Program-made: the position numbers and the translations under genes
Notes under the pieces: model-generated
The model's input: the letters and a program-made list of their open reading frames with translations, nothing else
What the model was told of the DNA's origin: nothing
Database searches by the model: none
Shown here: in pieces, positions 16,723 to 33,377 of the stretch
Position numbering within the stretch: the first letter of the stretch is position 1
Layout: each line of letters starts with the position of its first letter
Origin: the human T2T-CHM13v2.0 reference genome, Homo sapiens
Assembly: GCF_009914755.1 (NCBI RefSeq)
Contig: NC_060935.1
Reading direction: 5' to 3' (one strand)
Length of the DNA stretch: 64,000 nt

Positions 16723-16795
16723 CTTGGCACAGATGTGCTGCAGTAAGATACGGACGACTGGGAATATACTCTCCTTTAATTCATCCACAAGGGCG
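16723..16795 (-). CDS. NCAPD3: NCAPD3 coding exon 9 ([24 protein letters not shown])
   Basis: 73 nt, ttacaaag| and |gtactg, phase 2/0. Confidence 0.94.
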
Positions 16796-17206
16796 CTTTG
16801 TAAAAGAAAAACACATCTACTGTTCACAATACAGTCAGCGACTGTCCCCAAAAACCACTACTCCTATATTTAGAAATCCTAGTTATTAAAACACTCTACC
16901 TCACGCTATAAGAGTGGTTTCAGTAGAATGAAGAGTGAAGACATAAAATGTCATCGTAGAAAACTGTGAAGTAGTTCCCGTGCAGTTTTGAGAGCTGCTG
17001 CAGAGTAGCTAAGTCATCAGGTAAGAACAAAAATGTAATCTTCATACAATTCTTTTGACTACTTACTAAATTTCATATGAAGATGTAAAATATATCCTTT
17101 GGGGATAAATATAAAAATTGACTAAGACACAGTACCACCTCATGGTAGCTCAGTGAAATGCATTAGTAACATTACTTCTCCAAACTTTAACCCAATAAGA
17201 AATTTC

Positions 17207-17540
<334 letters not shown>

Positions 17541-18422
17541 TTAGTGATGTTTATCTGTAACATTACATGAAGACTATTGCGACTGGCATATGAGAAACTC
17601 TCATGGAAAAAACGAAACGATCGTGTTTTCACTTAAAACATTTTAGTTACTTAATGTTTTAAAAAGTCCTTAGTGAGAGACATTTGCTCAGTCACAAGAT
17701 GACGTCATACACACCCCATGTCTCCAACTACCCTGCACACTGTGCACACCCAAGGCATGCACACACTTGCACATGCACACCATGTCTCGGCACCACCTCC
17801 ACACTGCACGCCAAAAATCAGTGAAGGAGGGAAGGAAAAGCCAACAACGCAGCAAACATGTCCTTGCCAGTGAAACTAAGGCATGAGAGTTTTTAAGTGA
17901 AGCTGAGTGACCCATGAGAGGAAAAGTAGTCTAACACTTATTGCTACGGAGGTAAAAAGCAACTCAATCCTTTCCTTCAAGTCATTTCTACAGAGGGAAA
18001 GGAATAGAAAAGTGCAAAGAAACAAGAAGAAAGTGGCAAAGAACAAAAGCAAAGAGCTGCAAAGTAGAGAGCAACAGAAAAGGGAAAGAGGTGAACTGGC
18101 TGCAATGAAGCAGACAAGGGAAAGGAGGAGAGGCCACCATCCTCTCTCTGAGGCTGACCCACATATTGAGCGCAAACAAGCTGGAGGCTGGCGCTGGCCC
18201 GTGTTCTGCAGATTCCTATCTCTTTAACAGTGCCCCAGCTGGGAGCCTACCAACAGAGACCCAGACACATAAAGCACATTAGCTACGAAGTGCTTGGTTT
18301 TCACCCCCAAAACCACCATCAGGCCAGAAATTTTAAGTCTACATGTATCAGAAATCTTAGTGCAGGGCCCAGAGTACTGAGGGAGACTGACAGGGTGAAA
18401 ATTCACGATTTGTGTGCTTCAC

Positions 18423-18556
18423 CTGATAAACTGGACCGCCTGGTTTCTACAGTTGATGACTTGGGAGGTAACAGCAAGGGGGGCACGATGGGATCCTTCA
18501 CCAACTTCTAACATTAATATTACACTGAGCATTTGATGGAAAACACAACTGATGAC
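18423..18556 (-). CDS. NCAPD3: NCAPD3 coding exon 8 ([10 protein letters not shown]...QAVQFI)
   Basis: 134 nt, ttctag| and |gtgaag. Confidence 0.95.
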
Positions 18557-19288
18557 CTAGAAGAGAAAAGAAAATTCAATTTAAGATCGGATGGAGAACA
18601 CAAGGGTCTCAGACATAGTGATGCAGACTGTAGTAAACCATTTCAAGCCATCTGAAGGTAGGTCAGGCTGGCATAATTGCTGGCTGAACACTAGGGATAT
18701 ATTTCTTAAACAATGAGCAGGGATACAATAAATGCACAATGTAAACAGTGTGAAAGAATGGCTGACAGATGATATGTCTGATAAAAACAATACCTAGTTT
18801 CTCTCCCCACCCTTTGCATATCATAACCCAGAATTTAGGACAAATAGGGAATTAACTGTCATTTACATATGGCAAAGAATGCTACTAATGTTCCCTTATT
18901 CAAAAGGGGAAAGAACGATACTTTACACCTGCTTTTTGCCTCCAGTTTACAAAGCACTTTCCAACATATTATCTCATATAACATAGTCACTAATTAATTT
19001 ATTCATCCAATAAATAAAACATTTACTGAAAACCAAGTAAGTGGTAGGTATTGCATTAAGCACTTTCATCTACATAGCTAGATTTTACTATATATATATA
19101 AAATATACATTTAATTTTAAACCTTACAACAATTCCATAATGTAAGCAGGACATGTATAATTTCCACTTCACAGATAATTAAAAAAAGCTCCAAAGGTGA
19201 GCTGTCCAAGATCAAATAATTAAAAATAAGGCTAAAAACCAACATTGCCTGACATCAAGTCAGTACTTTCACAATTAAAAAAAAATAC

Positions 19289-19761
<473 letters not shown>

Positions 19762-20341
19762 CTAAACAACAGGCATTGTGCTCGGTAGGCGGCCTGCTCA
19801 ACTTCATTTAATCCTGTGACAAATCGATAAAGAAGGTAGACTTTGGTCCTTTTTGTCCATAAGTGAAATCTAACGCTTTAGCCAGGGTGAATGGCTCATT
19901 CAAGGACCCACAGCTAGTAAGTGGTGAAGTCAGAAAGCAAACACAGATGTGCGGAACCCCCCAAGCATCCCCAAAAATATCTTCGTAACCAGGTTACTGC
20001 CTCTGCAAGGTAACGCGTCGCAGATACCAAAAGCCACATGACCTTGGTCCAACACATTTTTTTGCAAAATCTTATTGTTTCATTTAAGACATCTAAGTTT
20101 AGTAACAGCATCATGCGCAACTAACTCTAACTGCAAAGTTTCTAGTAGTAGTGGCGTTCAGGTAACCTGGAGGCAAAACCCAGGTATCCATGCTGACCAC
20201 GGGTGACAACCTACAAAATTTCCATAGCATATCAACACAAATAATACAACTACCAATAGAAATACTGAAGCGCACATGAATTGCCAAGGGAAACTTGAAA
20301 ATTCTCTGACTATTCTACTTTTTAGAATGATTTGGGAAATA

Positions 20342-20414
20342 TTCCTATAGAAGTAAGTGTTCAGCAGCTCATCTGTTCCTATAGAAGTAACTGTTCAGCA
20401 GTTTATCTGTTCCT
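20342..20414. repeat. 34-bp tandem duplication
   Basis: ttcctatagaagtaa(g/c)tgttcagcag..atctg twice, plus a partial third ttcct. Confidence 0.85.
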
Positions 20415-20685
20415 CCTATTTCATTCACAGCAGAACCATTTTTTCTAACTGGAGCCTAACAATAATTTGCTGCAGCCACCAAGTATTCAGATATAAAGTT
20501 GGCAATAAAGAACAGAGAGCAAATAGAAATAGTGATACTTTTTATTATGCAAATAATATAAGGTCATGAAAATGAGCTAGTAAATTGAAATGGCATTATA
20601 TCAAATGCTTTTAACATATTTCCATCATATGGTTCATGTGCCTTCGATTCAACTAGTAACCAAATTAGGTTCTCATCTCCTTTAC

Positions 20686-20773
20686 CTTATCTCCTTCTCC
20701 ATGAATGGGAGAGCACAGCAAATACAATCCATAATAAGCCAGTTCTGGTATGTATTTTGCTTGGTTAAGAGCT
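20686..20773 (-). CDS. NCAPD3: NCAPD3 coding exon 7 ([29 protein letters not shown])
   Basis: 88 nt, ttttag| and |gtaaag. Confidence 0.95.
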
Positions 20774-20966
20774 CTAAAAAAAAAAGACGAAATATTAGTT
20801 AATGGATATGATTTTACTTGGAATATTTCTTAGTCCTACAAGCCATGTTTAAATGAATAAATTCTACCTGTGTGCCAATTGGGATAAAATGGTATTTCCA
20901 TTTCTGCTGGAGCAAAAATTGGTACACTATACTTAAATTGTAGCACTGGAAGATTTAATGGCTCAC

Positions 20967-21028
20967 CTGGCTTGTGTAACATGACATTCATGAAGAACTG
21001 GCTCAAAATTAGTTAATGAAACAAAGAC
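20967..21028 (-). CDS. NCAPD3: NCAPD3 coding exon 6 (VFVSLTNFEPVLHECHVTQA)
   Basis: 62 nt, ttctag| and |gtgagc. Confidence 0.95.
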
Positions 21029-21134
21029 CTAGAAAACAGATATGAAGAAAAGGCCTGATTTTTTCTACTGATCAGGTATTAGCCATAGTCTAATCCTTTG
21101 AAGTTGCCCTAAGGTTCCTGGAATTTTCACTTAC

Positions 21135-21299
21135 CTCTATACAATTCTGTACACATTGTGGCTTTTCTTTCAAGGAAAACTTTGGCAGAAGCCTTAAAAA
21201 ATTCTTTAAAAGGTGAAAGATGGCATTTCGAATTTGAGAAAGGTCCCGGGCAGAAAAACAAATATTCTCATCTTCTTGTTCTTCTATAATTTCATCCAT
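21135..21299 (-). CDS. NCAPD3: NCAPD3 coding exon 5 ([10 protein letters not shown]...VQNCIE)
   Basis: 165 nt, atctag| and |gtaagt. Confidence 0.96.
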
Positions 21300-21599
21300 C
21301 TAGATTATGAAGAAATGTACAGGTGACTGTAATAAATGCCAAACACTTTGTCCCATGGTTTTCAATTTACCCAAACCAAGCCCAGATAAACTCCAGGCAG
21401 GAGCTGATGTTGAGGTGATATGACTTTGACCAGGTCGCATGACTGTTCTAGGTCTCCTTGGCCACAACAGTAAATCACTGGACTAGATGACCGCTACAGT
21501 AGTTTCTAGTTTTGTGTCAATGAGGAATCCTTTTTTTCAGAATTTTTGCTGTCTATGAAATTCTGTCATTCTACCGTGTCACATAAGAATATGGAATTA

Positions 21600-21927
<328 letters not shown>

Positions 21928-22091
21928 TTATATGAAGCCGAAGACACAAAGCAGTATTGGATAGCTTATGATGGTTTAGGACCATTTGCCTATAATCATG
22001 ATGCCTGAAACCATGTTTAGTATAAAGTCAATCCTTAAATAAAGCAAATCGTGTGTTGGTATATATGTTTTATACTCAACTTACTTCTTAC

Positions 22092-22276
22092 CTCAATATC
22101 TTCTCTCCTGGGTGGCTTTCCCCTTTTTCTATGCCTCCCGGGGTTAGCCTGAGAGCTCTTAGGCTGTTCTTTCTTTCTTTTCCGATTCAAGTTAGATTCC
22201 TGGGGCCAGCTCTTCTTTAGAGTCTGAATGCATTTGTCAAACATCACTGGGTGGAATACTTGATTGGCTACACTGC
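22092..22276 (-). CDS. NCAPD3: NCAPD3 coding exon 4 ([14 protein letters not shown]...RREDIE), with basic NLS-like RKRKK and RHRKR runs
   Basis: 185 nt, gaatag| and |gtaaga. Confidence 0.96.
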
Positions 22277-22469
22277 CTATTCATGAGGAATAAAGAGTAA
22301 GCAAGTTAGATTTAATTGTCTTGAAATATATCTATAACATCAGATGAAAAGTTACAAAGCAAAACACAGGCTTTTCATGACTGTGAATAACAATGAACCT
22401 GTAGCAAGAGTACCATTTGCAACGTCAGCCTTAGTAGAGGAGACAGCGCTGCATCAGAGGTAAGTAACA

Positions 22470-27710
<5,241 letters not shown>

Positions 27711-28774
27711 TCGAATATTAAGTATCGACAGCATCCCAATCATAAACCCGAAACATTTAAAAACAGAAGGTAACTGGCAGGAATACGGCTTGCTGGAAAG
27801 CTGCAAGTGGCCCACGCAATTAGTAACAGCCACCTCTTTGCTCTGGCATAAATCTCAACCTTAATCAGAAGAAACTGCATCTGGCAAGAGGAGAGTGAAA
27901 CTGGGTTTCTAAAACCACTACTTTTTTGAGAGAGGGCCTAGTTACAACCGAGACACTGCTTAGCAACAAAATCCTTTAGGAACTTACTCATTTCCAAAGT
28001 CATGATGGGAGCATTAACAACAACACAAATCAATGTTCAGGGCTTTAAATATAAGACCTTTTTGCCCATTCCCAGATCACATGGAATAAATCCTTTGCTA
28101 AACATTTGTAATTAAACAAAGATAAGCAGCAAGGTGACTGATCTTGCCATTCTCTTTTCCATATGAACTTCAGGTTATCTGACTCAATCTCTATGTTCCA
28201 CTCTCTCTCACCCTGTGTTTGGAGTAGGGAAGAGAATGGATTTCACTGTCATAGGAGGAACAGCCTCCTCAGTGCTCTGACAATCAAGTAAAACAGTGCT
28301 CGAAAACAGACTCCTGGTCAGTGCTCTCCTTCAAGTATTACTAGCTGCTTTCCTGCTTTCTTGATTAGAATGGTTTTAATCTATTTTTCAATACCAACAT
28401 CGAGAGGTAAAAAGCAATGACTCCCCACAGCAGTATTTCTCAGTCTAGACAAGGAATCATGAGAAGAAAGGGCAATATCAGAATTTTAGACGGCCGTGGT
28501 GGAGGGTGGGCGTGGAACTCTTGCACTCCTTCTCAGACTATTTTTATTAGTTTATAGATAGCATAACTTCGGATGAAAAAAAAAAGGGGGAAGGTTTTCC
28601 AAGACCTATAACATGCCATGTACTTTAGAGACTTGCTCCTCGCAACAACTCTCTGCCATGGGTTAGCACTGCCCCATTTATAAGTGAAGAAACAAGAAAC
28701 AAAGTATAAGAATTGAAAACTGTAGAAAGAAAAAAATGACAGAAGATTTATCCTATCATATCAGGTCTACATAC

Positions 28775-28937
28775 CTGGTACTTCTAGTAGCAAAAAGTAA
28801 AGCCCAGCGGCATGAAGGCCATATTCTCGATACTGTACACTGACATTCTTCTTATGAACTATTTGAACAAAATGATAGAACAATGCCACCAGTGTACTAT
28901 GGGAAACATTGTTCTCAATGAAGAAGGTCCAGATACT
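28775..28937 (-). CDS. NCAPD3: NCAPD3 coding exon 3 ([10 protein letters not shown]...LLLEVP)
   Basis: 163 nt, ccacag| and |gtatgt; cumulative CDS 382 nt. Confidence 0.96.
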
Positions 28938-29656
28938 CTGTGGGGAGACCGCAAATCACAAAAGCCAGTCATTAGAGAAATGGAAACATTTCCTATTATT
29001 TGATTTTTGTAAGTTCTTGGTGCCTTACAAAAAGAGGAATAGAGTAGCCTGGCTCCTACTGCTAAATGTTTACCATCTTCAAAGGGACTGAAACAAAATA
29101 TCAAAATTAAAGGTATATTATTCAAAATTACCAAGATAAATATGTATATAACATATTTAAATAATTAAACTTTCAAAAGAATTTTTTGTTAAGTTTGTAG
29201 CATATATACTTCAGAAATTATAGCTTAAAACTACACTAAGACTTTTGGGACACCATATATTAGTGATTATTCAGGAAAGTTATCCCTCTATTTATATTAA
29301 AAGGAACTCAAATTCCTTTACCAATAATTACTAACTGAGGAAATCAGAGCCCTTTATTTAAATGTTCTGCAGATTGCAGGCAATGGGAGCAGGAAATGAA
29401 AGAGATCTCGGAAATGGCCCAGGTAAAGGAGATAAACCCTAGAAAAGAAACCACAATTGTATTAATTCTATCTTCATTCCATGTCTTCTCCTACTAAACA
29501 CATGAAGAAGAAATGGGTTATTTTAATAACCTAAACATAGCAGGAACTAAATATGGTTTATCCTTGAGTATCGTAACAAAAAAAGGCCCACAAAATTCAA
29601 GTGAGCAGAGCACTCTCCTTTCCTTAACTAAAAAACTTACGGGAGAAATCATCTCC

Positions 29657-29961
29657 ACTGGGCACAATGGCTCATGCCTGTAATCCCAGCACTTTGAGAG
29701 GCCAGGGCAGGAGGACTGCTTGAGCCCAGGAGTTTGAGAACAGCCAGGGCAACAAAGCAAGACCTTGTCTCCACAAAAAATAAAAAATTAGCTGGGCGTG
29801 GTGGCACACACCTGTAGTCCCAGCTACTCAGGAGGGTGAGGTGGGAGGCTCATGTGAGCCCAATAAGTTGAGGCTGCAGTAAGCTTTGACTGTGCCACTG
29901 CATTCCAGCCTGGGTGACAGAGCAAGACCCTGGTCTCAAAAAAAAAAAAGGGGGGGGGGGG
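29657..29961 (+). mobile_element. Alu (J-like) with A12-G12 tail
   Basis: TSD agaaatcatctcc. Confidence 0.93.
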
Positions 29962-31639
29962 AAGAAATCATCTCCTAACTTTACAGTGTCACATCCTCAT
30001 TCCTAATGCCACCTGCACCTCCACTTCACACACGAGGGTGATCGATCACCCTAAACCATCTGCTCACCAGGGCTCTGCATATGGGGTCACCTTGGCCCCA
30101 TGTGATCCCATGGCTGCTGTCTAGTCTGGGCGTCAGTGACCCTGCACTCCCTACATGTGACTGCTCCTCTGCAGACCCCGTCCAATCAGCTCTCCATTTC
30201 TGTCCTGGCTGCTTCTCACCCTCGGTGATCTCATGCATCACTGTGCTTCAACCCATACCTCAATTTAAAGAACTCTCTTCTCTCTCCTGGTCTCACATTT
30301 CTACTACCTGTTAAACTTCCCAAGGATCTCCTGACAGAATCTCAAGTTCAGAAGTCTAAACAGAACTGTTTCTCCATTTGACCTTGCTCTTTTTCCCTTA
30401 TTCCCCACCTTGGTTAACAATATCATCATCTTCCTAGTTTTGAAACCCTGGGGATCACTGACTTCTTTCTTTTTCTAATTCCCTATGCCCAGTCAGTTTA
30501 GCACTTCACACCATGTTTTTAAGATATCTCAAAAGGGCTTCCTAGTTCACAAGGCCCTATTAATTCTAATTCCAAAAATGTCCCTAGTTTTTAGTCTTCC
30601 TTTCCAGTTCCCAAAATTGTAACTCCGGATCATGCCATTATTACTCATAACACCTGGATCACCAATACAGTCTCCCAAGGGCTCTCCCTGCACACAATTT
30701 TTCCCACTTCAGTCCACCTACTGTCAAGAACGTCTGCTTAAAACAGATCTATTCATGTTACCTATCTATTGCCCACTGTAACCTCTTTCACACAGGCTGC
30801 TTGAGGATTAAATGAGTTAATACATGCAGGACGCTTAGAACAAAACCTCATACACACTCTACCAAACATGTTCAAACTCCACTGCTGAACCTCACGTAAA
30901 GCTACCCGTGACCTACCCTTACTCTACCTTACCATCCCGTTCCACCACACTTTTTCTGTATGCCTCTTGACACTTCCTGCGTGTTCCCATTGGGTGGCTC
31001 CTTCACTAGGACTGCCTTACAACCCAAGCTTCTGCTAGTCATCTGTGAAGATTCGCTGCTGGCCACTTTCTTTCTGGAACTTTCCCAACCCTACCATGCT
31101 CCCTTTTTCACACCCTATGCAACAAATCCGCACCTCTCTTGGAGCATTTTTCACAGTGTGGTTCGTAGAATATTTCCAGGCGCCCAAATGCACAGTGGCA
31201 CTGAACTCTCCACCCCCTGCAACTGCATGTGGCTGCTAGACCTACTTTGGCTAGTGTTCAAATGTCCACTCTTCCTCCCTGAGGTCCCTGGGGAGGACCT
31301 CAACCTAGGGAGATTGTATCGTAATCCCCACTCTGTCAACTCAGGTACTTAAGGCAGTGCTTAGTGTTATGCTGAAGGAATGTTTAATTAGATGATTTAA
31401 TTTTGTGATGTGAAACTTGGAAGTGAATTTTTTTTTGTTCATTTAAATGTTTCAGAGATGTTAATATCCAATTAGCTTTTGTTCTGTTTCCCAACCCTTT
31501 GGTTTTTTTTGAAAACTAACAACCTAAATATTAATAATAATTTATATTTCTATGCATTGGATAGAACTCAATATTTACAGGAACTGTTTGGACAAACCTG
31601 TTAATTCAACTAGTCATTCCTCAGTTTAATAATATCAGA

Positions 31640-31932
31640 TTTTCTTTTTTTGTGAGACAGAGTCTTGCTCTGTCGCCCAGGCTGGAGTGCAGTGGCGTGA
31701 TCTCGGCTCACTGTAACCTCCGCCTCCTGGGTTCAAGCAATTATCTGCCCCAGCCTCTCGAGTAGCTGGGATTACAGAAGCCCGCCACCACAACCGGCTA
31801 ATTTTTGTATTTTTAGTAGAGATGGGGTTTCACCATCTTGGTCAGGCTGGTCTTGAACTCCTGACTTCGTGATCCACCCACCTCGGCCTCCCAAAGTACT
31901 GGGATTACAGGCATGAGCCACCATGCCTGGTC
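31640..31932 (-). mobile_element. Alu (S-like); a further minus-strand Alu monomer at about 32020-32160
   Basis: TSD cagattttctt. Confidence 0.93.
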
Positions 31933-32410
31933 GCAGATTTTCTTAAAGTTAAGGTTAAGGCATGTCTGAATTGTTATTTGCATTTTCCTTGGTCTAGTTT
32001 TCTTGTTTTTGCCTTTATATTTTTCCTTTTTTTTTTTCCTTCTGAGATGGGGTTTTGCCATGTTGCCCAGGCTAGTCTCAAACTCCTGAGCTCAAGCAAC
32101 TGGCCAGCCTCAGCCTCTCAAAGTGCTGGGATTACAGACGTAAGACACCACACCCGGCCTTATACTTTTCCTTTAATTTGCTATTGTAAAAAACAGTCGT
32201 GTCTTAAAAAAAAAAAATCAGACAAGTACCTTGAAGCTTTTGGAGGAAAGCTCTTAGGATATTCCAATAAATTAACCACATTCTTTATGTTACTCATATT
32301 GTACTCCCTGTGAACTGTACACCAAGAAAGCTAAGCTTCAGATTATAATAATGACTTTCATCTTCTACTTCTAACACCAAACTTTGGCTAGTTTGTTTTT
32401 ATATTTTTAC

Positions 32411-32565
32411 CTCCATAGATCCATGTTCTCCAGTAGCAAAGGGTAAAAGGCTTTCATAGAGTTTTGTGAATGCAGCCAATCCAGTCTCTATGATCTCTGC
32501 TTCTATGCTGGGATCCAAAGGCTCAGTCTCTGTGAAATCCAGTTCCCACACTGTGTCAACCCATT
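32411..32565 (-). CDS. NCAPD3: NCAPD3 coding exon 2 ([10 protein letters not shown]...EHGSME)
   Basis: 155 nt, ccctag| and |gtaaaa. Confidence 0.96.
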
Positions 32566-33197
32566 CTAGGGGAAAATGCAATGAAATGTGTAAGTACTCT
32601 GTAACAAGTAAAAAAACTAGTCACCTTTAGATTCCAGGTGTGTTCAAGAGGAGAAAAGTTTACTAGTCACGATTCACATTTAACTTGTTTTAATAACATA
32701 GGTGTAGCATAATAAAAGAAAACCAGAAAAGGTTAAGAGAATCTTAAATCACAACTGACACTGACTATTAAGCTAATCATCTTCTAAAAATATAAAGGAG
32801 GAAATACTTTTCAGATACAAGAGTTTTGGGAAAGGACACTTCAAAACATTCAGTGATCAGGCTTTCCCACATGTTCAATCTAGAGAAGAAACAGAGGTTA
32901 ATCAGATTGCCCACGAGGTTCCTTTGTGAAAATATCATAACCAAGTTAATAAGTGGAAATAAAATATAGAGCACTTTATTGGGCCCTTGGACAATCATGT
33001 AGCATTTAAAAAACATATATAATTTCTCCAGGAAGTTTAAAATAGAAGAGGCAACCCAGATTCAGACTCCCAGGAATACTTGGTGACTTTAAAACACACT
33101 GATTGAAAGAATGTACATTGAGAGGAGGGGTATTAAGACAGCACGCTGGCTGGATTCCACCAATCTCTCTTAACTCTAAATCTTCCCATTCTTTTCT

Positions 33198-33377
33198 TTT
33201 TCTTTTTTTTTTGGATAAACTTTTTTTTTTAACTTAAAGTTTTTGGGTACATGTGCACAACATGCAGGTTTGTTACATAGGTATACACGTACCATGGTGG
33301 TTTGCTGTACCCATCAACCCGTCATCTACATTAGGTATTTCTCCTAATGGTATCCCTCCCCTATCCCTCCATCCCCC
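33198..33377 (-). mobile_element. Severely 5'-truncated primate L1PA 3' end
   Basis: ggtacatgtgcacaacatgcaggtttgttacataggtatac; 16-bp TSD cttcccattcttttct (33182-97, 33378-93). Confidence 0.9.

Noticed and set aside
17907-18227. K/R/E-rich 106-aa ORF on + and hydrophobic ORFs on -
   Set aside because: Explained by purine/pyrimidine strand skew; non-ATG starts and no recognisable homology
20342-20414. 34-bp unit with ttcctata..gaagta, superficially FRT-like or CRISPR-like
   Set aside because: No inverted 13-bp arms and no spacers; a simple local duplication
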